The notes beneath the pieces are model-generated. The model was not told the DNA's origin and made no database searches. It was given only the letters and a program-made list of their open reading frames with translations. A program made the position numbers and the translations under genes. Shown here in pieces: positions 28,051 to 37,081 of a stretch of 64,000 nt of DNA. The first letter of the stretch is position 1; each line of letters begins with the position of its first letter. This DNA comes from Bdellovibrionota bacterium (GTDB lineage: Bacteria; Bdellovibrionota; UBA2428): assembly GCA_964201665.1 (NCBI GenBank), contig CAXNEW010000004.1, positions 11,552 through 75,551 of the forward strand, read 5' to 3'.

Positions 28051-28155
28051 AATCCCAACACCCCTGTCATTCCCTAGAGAACGCAGGGAGGAATCTCCAA
28101 CGAGCTTGGCTGCCAAGAAACGAAGGGATCTCTCACTTCGTTCGAGATGACTGCC
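28051..28155. repeat. Palindromic REP/MITE-like intergenic element, copy A
   Basis: ctgtcattccctagagaacgcagggaggaatctccaacgagcttggctgccaagaaacgaagggatctctcacttcgttcgagatgac aligns with copy B at 31497-31600. The central core gcttggctgccaagaaacg is identical. The arms are mutually complementary (gtcat..c...gag.gatc). It overlaps the 3' end of the GT9 ORF. Confidence 0.75.
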
Positions 28156-29263
28156 CCGTTCGGGAGGACTTCAATCTCATGACTTGAAAATACGAATACA
28201 CTTCATCCGGACTCAAATCCTTCATGCATTTGTGGTGTTTTTTGGGGCAGACCTTGGGGCCGTGAATATGACAAGGCCTGCAACTCAAATCTTTGACTCC
28301 CAAGACTCGCGAACCCTTTCGCCACGGGGCAAAACCAAATTCAGGAAGCGTGGGTCCAAAAAGCGCCAGAACGGGAACACCAAGATCGCTTGCCGCATGC
28401 ACTGCTGCCGAATCTCCACCAATCAAAAAATCACATTTTGAAATTTGTTCAATCCATTCTGAAACTGAAGTTTTTCCAGTTAAATTTTCAAACAAAAGTG
28501 AAGACACCTGAGATTTTACTTGGTCCCCCATGTCTCGGGTTGAGGAATCTCCCAGAAATTTTATGGCGATTCCTTCTTGAGTCATTTTTTTAATCAGAGA
28601 GGTGGCATTTTCCGTGGGCCATCTTTTGGTTCCCCAGGGGCTGCCCAAACTCATTGCAACAACCAACTCATCATTTTTTTTATAAGGCAGATCCTGACTC
28701 AAGCGTTTTTGGTTGGTCAAAAGAGAAGAAGAATCTTGATGGACCCAAGAGGGGATTTTGGCCTCCGGAAAAGATGCGCGAAGGAGGTCCAGATTTTTTT
28801 CGATTTCGTGCCGGCCCTCGTCCCAACTTCTCACAACATTGTGGGTGTAAAAATAATTTCCACTACTGCCTGACGAAAAGCCCACCCGAGAGTTCGCATC
28901 CGAAAGCCAGGCTAAAAATCCAGATCGAAAACTTCTTTGAAGACAAAATACCTTCGAAGGAATTCCCCACTGTTCTTTTAACTGTCGAGCTAATTTTGCC
29001 ATTCCTAAGGGCGAACCTTCAAAAGTTTTTTTATTCCAAACCCGAACATGAATGCGATGCCTGGCTGTGGCCAGTGACCTTGAAAGACTTAAGTCCACAA
29101 TCTCTTTGCCCACAGCAGTTGTGATAAAAATAATGGGATTTTGATTTTCGCGGGTGACTCTTTCGAGTTCACTTAAAAAAGGTAAACTTAAAATGATATC
29201 GCCTAAAAAAGCTGTTTGAATAATCCAGAATGGCCTGGGATTTAAATTTTCTTTATTTTCCAC
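28133..29263 (-). CDS. Glycosyltransferase family 9 (LPS heptosyltransferase-like)
   Basis: GT9 C-terminal signature GGDSAAVHAASDLGVPVLALFGPT; 376 aa. The last roughly 7 codons are read from the repeat element, so the true C-terminus may be repeat-derived. Confidence 0.8.
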   Translation of the reverse strand: MENKENLNPRPFWIIQTAFLGDIILSLPFLSELERVTRENQNPIIFITTAVGKEIVDLSLSRSLATARHRIHVRVWNKKTFEGSPLGMAKLARQLKEQWGIPSKVFCLQRSFRSGFLAWLSDANSRVGFSSGSSGNYFYTHNVVRSWDEGRHEIEKNLDLLRASFPEAKIPSWVHQDSSSLLTNQKRLSQDLPYKKNDELVVAMSLGSPWGTKRWPTENATSLIKKMTQEGIAIKFLGDSSTRDMGDQVKSQVSSLLFENLTGKTSVSEWIEQISKCDFLIGGDSAAVHAASDLGVPVLALFGPTLPEFGFAPWRKGSRVLGVKDLSCRPCHIHGPKVCPKKHHKCMKDLSPDEVYSYFQVMRLKSSRTGQSSRTK

Positions 29264-29272
29264 CAGCGTGTT

Positions 29273-30121
29273 TTAAGAGGGGCTTTGTGCCCTTTCAACA
29301 AGTTCTCTTAACCTTTCGAGTCTCATTTTCATTCCGCGTGCCGATTCCCAACAAATAACGAGGCCAGAAATTCCGTCTAGGAATCCGAATTTGAAAATAA
29401 AATTTTCAATGAATTTAATACACGCTTTAATTTGAATATAGGCACGCCCTGGAAAAGCAATCTTGCCCTGGCGCTCCATTTGGTTAAATTTTGCCTCCGC
29501 CAAAAGAAGGGCATATCTTTTGTTGGTATCTCGATGCTCCTCAAGAGTCAGAAAGGGTTCATGATAAATAAAACCCTTAAACTCTAACGACTGATTTTCT
29601 CGCTCCCCTGTTGTTGGAAACAAATCTTCATGCACCTGCGCCCCGTCAGGCCCCCCCCTCCAAACAACTTTACCTGACCTACCGAGTCGATATTTTTTGT
29701 CAGGGAACCATCCACTATGGCGAATTGCGCGACCCCGATAAAAGGAAAGCCTAGGAATTTTTACACAAACTGGTTCCCTTTGTTTCAATTCGGAGAAAAA
29801 ATCTTTTAATTCTTGGCTTAACTCAGAACTGATCCACTCATCGGAATCGAGCCACAGGATCCATTTATGGCTTTGCGCCCAATCAAGAGATTCATTGCGG
29901 GTTTTCAAAAAACCCCGCCACTTTTGTGAAATGATCCAAAGATCGGACTGGCGGCGTCCGGCCTGCTTCCAAGTTTTGGCTACAATGTCTAGAGTGGCGT
30001 CTGTGGATCCGCTATCAAAAACAATAAGTGTTTGGGCAAGAGGGACTAAAGATTCCACGCACCTTCCGATACGCTTTTCTTCGTTCAAACTTAAGATAAC
30101 CGCAGCCAATCCCTCAATCAC
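29273..30121 (-). CDS. Glycosyltransferase family 2 (LPS core type)
   Basis: N-terminal GT-A motif AVILSLNEEKRIGRCVESL...VFDSGSTDAT and DSDE acidic motif; 282 aa. Confidence 0.8.
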   Translation of the reverse strand: MIEGLAAVILSLNEEKRIGRCVESLVPLAQTLIVFDSGSTDATLDIVAKTWKQAGRRQSDLWIISQKWRGFLKTRNESLDWAQSHKWILWLDSDEWISSELSQELKDFFSELKQREPVCVKIPRLSFYRGRAIRHSGWFPDKKYRLGRSGKVVWRGGPDGAQVHEDLFPTTGERENQSLEFKGFIYHEPFLTLEEHRDTNKRYALLLAEAKFNQMERQGKIAFPGRAYIQIKACIKFIENFIFKFGFLDGISGLVICWESARGMKMRLERLRELVERAQSPS

Positions 30122-30127
30122 AAATCC

Positions 30128-31267
30128 CTATTGAACCGAATTTGTAGGCAAATTCCAAGTAGTTTTCATTTTTGGAGGAGAAACAGCCATGGGCCGACCC
30201 GGTTCGTATTTTTTTAACTCTCCAAAAACTGAGCCCACTCGAATTTTTGCCGCAAACTGAACCATAACCTTGCTGGGGTGATCCCAAATCCAAATGGTAA
30301 CGTCTCCTTTGGGTGCAAGGTCTCCGGAGACTCTCGGAGACATCTGGAATTTATGAGTGGCAAACTCACCAGCAGGTACACGAACAGTTTCAGGCCCCAA
30401 ATAGGTAAGTTGGTTGGCCCAGTTTCGAAATCGATCATGAATTGGAAAATTCAAACTCTTTAAATCTGGAACAAATCGATAAAAGTAAAGTCCGCCAAAA
30501 ACATCCTGCGAAAAATCATACATTTTATCTTCTCGAGTAATGGTTTCTTCTCGACCATCCTCAAAAGTTGTAAATGAAAAATACCGGGCAATATGCTCTT
30601 GGTGTTTGAAAACCACGACTCTTTTACCAAAACGCTTACTTTCATTTTGATGAATTTCTTGACGTCGCGGCAGATGATCTTCAAGCCCGGTCCAGGTGTG
30701 CATCACGTCATTCACTTTATAAACAAGTTCCATTAACTTGGTACTTCTGACGCGAGCTGAGTAATGCAAAACTGTCTCGCCGTTTATGACCTGGGGTTCA
30801 CGTACCTCAAGCTCGGCCTCACCTGCTTCGATAGGCCCATAACGCAAAACCATTGTGATTTTTTCGCCAATTCCAAAGGGCCAAGTTTGCGGCTGCCAAG
30901 TTGCAACTTCTGGCGCCACCACCGGTGGGGGTACCGTCGCGCCCTTTTTTGTTTTCTTTTCAGGCTTAAAGGCCTGTGCTGGAGTTTGAATGGGGCTTTT
31001 GAAAAGTGGCAGGGGTTCGATGGCATCGTTTGGGGGTGGCGCCGGAGTCTGATCTTGTTTTGGAACGGCTGCGGGCGAAGAAATATTCACAGTTGGATCT
31101 ACCGCCGGCAAATCCTGCACTACAATTTGATTGAGTTGATCTTGTGAAACACTTTCAATGTTTTGGTTAAAATCTTGAGGCCCAAAATTGCCTGTGCTTT
31201 CGTCCTCACGAAGGGACCTCGCACAGGACGCGTTCAGTATAAAAATTGCGACAAAAAGGAATCTCAC
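30128..31267 (-). CDS. DUF3108-like lipoprotein
   Basis: Lipobox LNASC, a Pro-rich linker, then a beta-rich body (GEKITMVLRYGPIEAGEAELEV...) resembling DUF3108. The family call is by eye only. Confidence 0.5.
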   Translation of the reverse strand: MRFLFVAIFILNASCARSLREDESTGNFGPQDFNQNIESVSQDQLNQIVVQDLPAVDPTVNISSPAAVPKQDQTPAPPPNDAIEPLPLFKSPIQTPAQAFKPEKKTKKGATVPPPVVAPEVATWQPQTWPFGIGEKITMVLRYGPIEAGEAELEVREPQVINGETVLHYSARVRSTKLMELVYKVNDVMHTWTGLEDHLPRRQEIHQNESKRFGKRVVVFKHQEHIARYFSFTTFEDGREETITREDKMYDFSQDVFGGLYFYRFVPDLKSLNFPIHDRFRNWANQLTYLGPETVRVPAGEFATHKFQMSPRVSGDLAPKGDVTIWIWDHPSKVMVQFAAKIRVGSVFGELKKYEPGRPMAVSPPKMKTTWNLPTNSVQ

Positions 31268-31354
31268 AACCTTTCATTTTAACCGGGTCCGTGAAAGCAG
31301 CAATTGGCTGAAACGTTGCTTTTTTGGCTTACGGGGTCTTAGTACGGTACATCG

Positions 31355-31428
31355 AAAAATAAAAGAGACCCCTCCTCCAGGGGAAGAACCCGAGCCAGTC
31401 CCCTGGAGGAGAGGTCTCTTTTATTTTT
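31355..31428. terminator. Strong bidirectional rho-independent terminator
   Basis: Stem gagacccctcctccagggg (31365-31383) pairs with cccctggaggagaggtctc (31400-31418) at 18/19 positions, with a 16-nt loop. It is flanked by aaaaataaaa and ttttattttt. On the minus strand it follows the lpxL-like gene. Confidence 0.8.
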
Positions 31429-31496
31429 CTTTCCTTTGTAGAATTCCTGAAGGAACGTGTTGTCAGACTGAACGAAGGCCTCGGCCTCCTAGGGGA

Positions 31497-31600
31497 CTCC
31501 TGTCATTCCGACCGGAGGGAGGAATCTCTAACGTGCTTGGCTGCCAAGAAACGGGGGGATTCCTCACTCCGTTCGGAATGACGGGTGGATGTTGGGGATG
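31497..31600. repeat. Palindromic REP/MITE-like intergenic element, copy B
   Basis: Arm gtcattccgaccggagggaggaatc (31502-31526) pairs with gattcctcactccgttcggaatgac (31558-31582) at 23/25 positions. The loop carries the inner hairpin cttgg-ctg-ccaag. The outer flank gggtggatgttggggat is complementary to atcccaacacccc, which flanks copy A. Confidence 0.8.
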
Positions 31601-31604
31601 ACAA

Positions 31605-32576
31605 CTACAACTCCCACGGCAGGCTTGTAGAGTAATCAACTTGGCCTTTGAAGCGTTTGTGGATCCACAGGTACTGCTCGGGATATTGGAGAATCCATTT
31701 TTCCATATTTCGATTGCAGATCTCGATATGGGTGATGCGATCGGCATCTGTTTTTACCTGGGGTAAATCAAGAGCCGGTTCGATTGTCAGGTGAAAACAC
31801 CCATTGGCGTCGCGAACCATATAGGCCGGAATCACAGGGCAATCTAACCTTGAGGCCAAAATAGCCAAACCCTTAGGGCACCACGCATTTTTAACCCCTA
31901 AAAACTCCGCCTGATCTCCGTGGGGCGGCCCGGTGTGTTGATCCAAAATAAAACCCACGCCTTTATTTGACCGTATACACCGCACAATTCCCAAACCTGA
32001 ACCCGACTCTTCAAGGAGTTCCAGACCAAAAGATTTTCGACTTCGCACCCAAACGGCATCCCAAAAAGGGTTTCTGAGTGCCTTTGTAACAATAACCAAT
32101 GGAAATTTTAAAAAGACCCCTACCCGGGTAATTAACTCCCAGTTACCTAAATGAGCCGTCAAAAAGAAAAAGCCTTTGCCCTTGGCCAAAGCATTCCAAA
32201 CGTTCTCAACACCTGTGGCCTTCAATTTTTTTTTGACAATTTCTTCACTCCAATGAAAGCGCTCAAAAAGTTCTAAAAACATCCAACCGTAGTGAATAAA
32301 ATTTTTGAATGCGAGTTTTTTGATTCGTCTTTCAAATTCACTCATGGACTCTTCTTTTTTACGAGGAAAAACACGAGCAAGATTATGAAACACCACCTGC
32401 CGGCGAAAACCCAATATTTCCAAAAAAACAAAAGCAAAAACAGAAGCAAAAACACGTTTCGCCTGCAGAGGAGTTTTTAGAACTAAAAAACCGAGGCCCC
32501 AAAGGCAAAAATAAACCCCATGAGACAAGAGCGACATAAAAGAACGAATTGCGGCTTTAATAAAGTCAGACCTCAC
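31605..32576 (-). CDS. Lipid A biosynthesis late acyltransferase (LpxL/HtrB family)
   Basis: N-terminal TM segment, acyltransferase motif AHLGNWEL (HX4E/D), 323 aa, positioned directly after lpxK. Confidence 0.75.
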   Translation of the reverse strand: MRSDFIKAAIRSFMSLLSHGVYFCLWGLGFLVLKTPLQAKRVFASVFAFVFLEILGFRRQVVFHNLARVFPRKKEESMSEFERRIKKLAFKNFIHYGWMFLELFERFHWSEEIVKKKLKATGVENVWNALAKGKGFFFLTAHLGNWELITRVGVFLKFPLVIVTKALRNPFWDAVWVRSRKSFGLELLEESGSGLGIVRCIRSNKGVGFILDQHTGPPHGDQAEFLGVKNAWCPKGLAILASRLDCPVIPAYMVRDANGCFHLTIEPALDLPQVKTDADRITHIEICNRNMEKWILQYPEQYLWIHKRFKGQVDYSTSLPWEL

Positions 32577-33544
32577 TTAGACAAAGACTGTGGCAGCGCC
32601 GACAGAATTCGCGACCAAAACATTTCTTCATTTAAAAGCCAGAGTTCAAAGTCGGCAAAATAAAACTGGTAGGTTTTTTGCGGAGCAATTTCTTTTTTGG
32701 CATGACCTTCTTCAAAAAAGGATTGAAGCTCACCATAGGAAAAAATTTTCGTGGCTTCTTTGGCGCCTACGACCACCGGAACATCGGTTTCAAAACGTTG
32801 CAAATGCCGCACAATTTCTGAAAACTCTGCATGATCGCGCAGTTCAAGAAAAAAGGGGTTTCTACATTGTTCTTTAAAATAACGATGATAGTGAGGATCA
32901 GGAACTCGAGTAGTGAGAATGAGGGGGTCTTTGTCTTTAGGCAAACTGACTTTTAGAAAAGTTTTTTTCTGAAAGTCTTTAAGATCTTCTAAAATAAGAC
33001 TAGCTCGTCCTAGGGATGCAGGTTCCTCTCGCAAAAAACCTAAAGGTAAAAGTGATGCCTTGTAATCACTTTCGCGCAAAAGAACTAAATCAAAATCCCG
33101 GTGAAGATCCCAATGCTGAAAACCATCATCCAAAATGAAAACCATTTTTTCGGTGGCCAAGCGCCCTCGCAAAAAAAACAGGGCGTTTTGAAAACGCTTC
33201 GGCCCCACAAGAACTGGAATTCGGCTTCGAAAAAAAATTTCGAGGGCTTCGTCGCCGCAGATATCCGGTGAGAAATTTTTTTTTGATCCCGGCAGCAACC
33301 AAACTCTAAGATTGCGATCACGCCTGCCATAACCCCGAGTTAGAACGACGGGCTCAAAGCCTCGCGCTTTGAGCCCTTGGGCAATGAAATTCACAAATGG
33401 CGTTTTTCCGCGCCCCCCTGCGGCGATATTACCCACACTAATGACAGGTTTGGGCAACCGAATTGAACGCGTAAGCGAACGATCAATACGGACACCGATT
33501 TTATAAACAAAACCCAGTAAGGGTGTGATTAAGGGGATGTCCAT
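32573..33544 (-). CDS. lpxK: Tetraacyldisaccharide 4'-kinase
   Basis: P-loop VGNIAAGGRGKTP and the LTRGYGR motif; 323 aa. Overlaps both lpxB and the lpxL-like gene. Confidence 0.9.
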   Translation of the reverse strand: MDIPLITPLLGFVYKIGVRIDRSLTRSIRLPKPVISVGNIAAGGRGKTPFVNFIAQGLKARGFEPVVLTRGYGRRDRNLRVWLLPGSKKNFSPDICGDEALEIFFRSRIPVLVGPKRFQNALFFLRGRLATEKMVFILDDGFQHWDLHRDFDLVLLRESDYKASLLPLGFLREEPASLGRASLILEDLKDFQKKTFLKVSLPKDKDPLILTTRVPDPHYHRYFKEQCRNPFFLELRDHAEFSEIVRHLQRFETDVPVVVGAKEATKIFSYGELQSFFEEGHAKKEIAPQKTYQFYFADFELWLLNEEMFWSRILSALPQSLSK

Positions 33545-34761
33545 AAATCGAGGAGGTCAGCAGCAATGCGGCTTGTAACTCCAGGCTCTCCCATTTTTTT
33601 TGGTATCCATCTTAGATTTTTCCGTATCTCAGTCAGCCTAGGAGTGTTCCCTAGAATTTCAAGACTCTCAATGGCCAACCGTTTTGGAGTTAAATCTGAT
33701 TGTAAAAGTTCCGGAATCACTTCCCGCTCGAGCAAAATATTGGGAAGCCCCACAAAACCCCTTTTTTGGGGATTAAAATAATCTGACTGGCTTCGGATAA
33801 CAAAGGCCGAAAATCCCGAAAGTTTATAAACTAAGATATGTGGCAATTGATAAAACCCTGCCTCCAAAGTGGCCGTGCCTGATGCGATCCATCCAAAGTC
33901 TGCCGCCATTTGAGCAACTCGACTTTGGCCTTGGGGCAGAACAAAAAGTTTTTTTTGTTCAACGAGCCTTTTAAAGAGTTCATTTTTTTTTGTGTTTAGC
34001 CCGGCGGATTCAAGAAAGTCTTTCTCATTCCAACCCGGAGCAAGGGGCAAGAGAATTTTCCACCGCTCGATGTTTTTAAACGCGCCCACAAGCTGATCTG
34101 AATGCGCCTCAAAATAGGCCCAGCTTTCTAAGAAAAGACCTAAATGTTTTTGAATTTCATTTTTTCGGGAACCCGGCATCCAAAGTAGAACGGGTGAATC
34201 TGTATCTAAACTTAAATTTTCGCGAGCCCCTCTTCGATTGCGAGGTTCCAGAATATCTCTCATGGGATGTCCCATGTAGCGAGTGCGCAAACCCCTTGGA
34301 GAAAAAATTCCCTCCTCAAACCCAAGGGCTGGATACAAACTTCTCAGTGCACGAACAATCTGCGGAATTCGCCCGCTGCGCCAAGCCCAAACCTGGGGCG
34401 CAACAATTTGATCAACCGGAACTCCAACTTTCCTGGCCAAAGCGGCAAGTCTTAAATTGAAATCAGGAAAATCAACCAAAAGAACGCTTTGGCAAGTTCG
34501 AGCCACCTGCCCCAGCTTGCCTAAAATCCCGAAGAGTTTGGGCAAATTTTTAAAAACTTCTGAAATTCCCACCACGGCCACATCACGTGAATGTGCAACT
34601 ATTTTAACTCCCTGGGCCTCACTTGAGGGGCCACAAAGCCCAACAAATTCTAGATTGAGTCCTCTTGCTGGAGCTTGGGCCTTCAGAGCTTCAATGACGT
34701 GAGATAAAATTAAATCTCCCGAGGGGTCCCCCGCAGATACCAAAACTCGATGAAGACTCAC
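33529..34761 (-). CDS. lpxB: Lipid-A-disaccharide synthase
   Basis: N-terminal SAGDPSGD motif and GT19-like body. I prefer the GTG at 34761, which forms a GTGA overlap with the upstream stop; the track start is 34785. Confidence 0.85.
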   Translation of the reverse strand: MSLHRVLVSAGDPSGDLILSHVIEALKAQAPARGLNLEFVGLCGPSSEAQGVKIVAHSRDVAVVGISEVFKNLPKLFGILGKLGQVARTCQSVLLVDFPDFNLRLAALARKVGVPVDQIVAPQVWAWRSGRIPQIVRALRSLYPALGFEEGIFSPRGLRTRYMGHPMRDILEPRNRRGARENLSLDTDSPVLLWMPGSRKNEIQKHLGLFLESWAYFEAHSDQLVGAFKNIERWKILLPLAPGWNEKDFLESAGLNTKKNELFKRLVEQKKLFVLPQGQSRVAQMAADFGWIASGTATLEAGFYQLPHILVYKLSGFSAFVIRSQSDYFNPQKRGFVGLPNILLEREVIPELLQSDLTPKRLAIESLEILGNTPRLTEIRKNLRWIPKKMGEPGVTSRIAADLLDLWTSP

Positions 34762-35810
34762 CTCGTCTCCAAAACGCTCATGCAACTTAAAATTTCATCC
34801 ATGATTTCATGAGTTCGCAGAACATTCTGAGGAGTTGGCAAAAATGCCGCTGGCGAGCAAAGCCCTGTGGAATGCGAAGCGGAGTGAACTCGGGTGTCGA
34901 AATTTCCGCGAATTCTTTGAACAAAAGTTTCAATCTCGAGGCCCAGAGGATCACCTTCAGTCCACTGGTGTTCGCGGGCTTCAAAAACCGCAGGATTTGT
35001 TGCCGATCGCTCGAAGCGTTTCAAATTTTTGCGCATAAAATCAATGGAGGCATGCCAGTTGGGTCCGGTCATTTCCCAACTACGAGCCCCATCAGAGGCA
35101 AGCCGGGATGAAAAAAACCGGGCCATTCCGCCGTCTTCAAAATCAAGGGCTGCAATCGCTAAATCAAGGTTGGTAGAACGCAGCTTCCGTCCCCAAGCGC
35201 GAATTTTTTTGATCGGAGAAAATTTAAAAATTGAATCTAAAAGCACAAAAAGATCCACGTCATGAATCATTAAATCGTGAACCACATCGGTATCGGCCAC
35301 TCGAGGCACAAAGGGCCCCACCCGTGTGGCGTTAAGAGTCCATGGGCCCCTCTCGGGTTTCCAGTTACCCCAAAGATTCACCAAGCTCCATCGCTCCAAA
35401 AGGCCAACCTGCAAAAGCCTGTTTGATTTAATGGCCTGGCTGTTTAAATCCCTAACATCAAGGGCTGAAAAACCAAGAGGTTTTTCCACCAAGCAATGGA
35501 GTCCTTTGGCCAAACAAGCAGAAGTTGTTTCGTTATGAATGGAACTCGGGACGGCGACCACAGCAGCTTCGGGATAACTTTCTGCACCTAGCCGCCCAAC
35601 TTCACCCACGTTTGAAATGATCTCGGGGAGTTTTGCATCAGACTGTCGGCATAAACTTAAAACGTTTTTGGCCCTTTTTTCGTCTGGATCAACAACGGCA
35701 CTCACCACGGCTCCAATTTTGGGTCCGATGGCTAGAATTTTTTTAATATGTTGGGTTCCCATGTGACCGGCTCCGACCACCATGATGCGAACAGGAGATT
35801 GTTGTTTCAT
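34758..35810 (-). CDS. Gfo/Idh/MocA-family NAD(P)-dependent oxidoreductase (GnnA-like position between lpxA and lpxB)
   Basis: Rossmann N-terminus IMVVGAGHMGTQH and EKP motif LVEKPL; 350 aa. The family call is firm; the GnnA function is inference. Confidence 0.8.
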   Translation of the reverse strand: MKQQSPVRIMVVGAGHMGTQHIKKILAIGPKIGAVVSAVVDPDEKRAKNVLSLCRQSDAKLPEIISNVGEVGRLGAESYPEAAVVAVPSSIHNETTSACLAKGLHCLVEKPLGFSALDVRDLNSQAIKSNRLLQVGLLERWSLVNLWGNWKPERGPWTLNATRVGPFVPRVADTDVVHDLMIHDVDLFVLLDSIFKFSPIKKIRAWGRKLRSTNLDLAIAALDFEDGGMARFFSSRLASDGARSWEMTGPNWHASIDFMRKNLKRFERSATNPAVFEAREHQWTEGDPLGLEIETFVQRIRGNFDTRVHSASHSTGLCSPAAFLPTPQNVLRTHEIMDEILSCMSVLETR

Positions 35811-35819
35811 ATTTTTTTT

Positions 35820-36596
35820 TTACCGCTGAATTCCGATTCGAGTCGATTTAACAAATTGAACGAATTTAGCGGCAAAAGGAGCGTGCCCAAAAAGAGAATC
35901 AATTTCAATCATTGATTTTTCGGTGGTCTGGTTTGAAAGATAAAGAATTTTATACATCTCACGAGCCATTCGCATATCTTCCTCAGATATTCCGCCACGT
36001 TTAAGCCCTACAAGATTGGGTCCACTGACTTGTGAAAATTCCTTTGCACACATGTAAGGTGGTAAATCGCGTCTCATGACTGTTCCGGCCCCGATAAAAG
36101 AATATTCTCCGATACGAACCCACTGGGTCACTCCGGTTTGTCCGCCAATATTTGCATAATTTCCAATTTGCACGTGGCCCGCAAGAGCTGTTTGGTTTGC
36201 CATAATGATGTGATCGCCCAAAACGCAATCATGGGCAATGTGGCAATAACCCATAATGAAATTATTGTTTCCAATAAAAGTTTCCTGACGATCTTTTGGA
36301 GTGCCTCTGTGGATAGAGGTTCCCTCCCTAAACATATTCTGCTTACCGATCACAAGAGTTGTGGGTTCGCCCTTGTAACCCAAATCTTGAGGCTGTCCGC
36401 CAAAAACACAAAATGGGAAAAGCTCGTTGTCGCAATCGAGACGGGTATTCCCCTCAACCACGACATGAGAATGTAATCGACACCTGTCGCCCAATTTAAC
36501 GTCGGGGCCAATAACGCAATAGGGGCCAATTTGAACTTCAGCTCCCAGCTGGCATTTGGGATCAACGACAGCCGTTGGATGAATTTGAGTTCCCAT
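35820..36596 (-). CDS. lpxA: Acyl-ACP--UDP-N-acetylglucosamine O-acyltransferase
   Basis: Left-handed beta-helix hexapeptide repeats plus a helical C-domain; 258 aa; located in the lpxD-fabZ-lpxA arrangement. Confidence 0.9.
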   Translation of the reverse strand: MGTQIHPTAVVDPKCQLGAEVQIGPYCVIGPDVKLGDRCRLHSHVVVEGNTRLDCDNELFPFCVFGGQPQDLGYKGEPTTLVIGKQNMFREGTSIHRGTPKDRQETFIGNNNFIMGYCHIAHDCVLGDHIIMANQTALAGHVQIGNYANIGGQTGVTQWVRIGEYSFIGAGTVMRRDLPPYMCAKEFSQVSGPNLVGLKRGGISEEDMRMAREMYKILYLSNQTTEKSMIEIDSLFGHAPFAAKFVQFVKSTRIGIQR

Positions 36597-36598
36597 AA

Positions 36599-37081
36599 TT
36601 ACACGGATCCTTTTACAGCAGAGGCCTGAGAGGGGCCCATTTTAAGCCAAAAACTCCCGTCAGAAACTTTTTCATTCAGTTTTTTTGAATGCACCTGAAC
36701 TTCCCAGAGCTGCAAGCCAGCTCGGCCCTTTGACCATTTTCCTTTTAAGACTAGGCAATCGGGAGGAAACACCGGTCTACGAAATTTGTATTTGTCGACG
36801 GCAACAAACAAAACTTCTGGCAAGGGCGTACCCTCGGGCAATTCGCCCAAATGAATCCACAAACAAGCTTGGGCCACGGCCTCCATTTGCAGGACCCCCG
36901 GAAAAACCGGGCGACCCGGAAAATGCCCCTGAAAAACTTCGAGGTCCTCAGAAATATCGAGCTCAACAGATCCCTGATTGCCATCAGCAGACCTTTCGAT
37001 GAGTCGATGAACCCACAAAAAAGGTTCTCGGTGGGGCAAAGTTCTTTTGGGCAAATTTGAAAGCATACTTTTCTGAATCAT
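36599..37081 (-). CDS. fabZ: 3-hydroxyacyl-ACP dehydratase
   Basis: Hotdog-fold motif FQGHFPGRPVFPGVLQMEAVAQ; 160 aa. Confidence 0.9.
   Translation of the reverse strand: MIQKSMLSNLPKRTLPHREPFLWVHRLIERSADGNQGSVELDISEDLEVFQGHFPGRPVFPGVLQMEAVAQACLWIHLGELPEGTPLPEVLFVAVDKYKFRRPVFPPDCLVLKGKWSKGRAGLQLWEVQVHSKKLNEKVSDGSFWLKMGPSQASAVKGSV

Noticed and set aside
31188-31747. Track ORFs 31188..31601 (+) and 31463..31747 (-)
   Set aside because: Both are read straight through the terminator hairpin and the palindromic REP-like element, producing peptides such as SFRPEGGISNVLG. This is a typical artefact of translating palindromic repeats, and the second also overlaps the lpxL-like gene.
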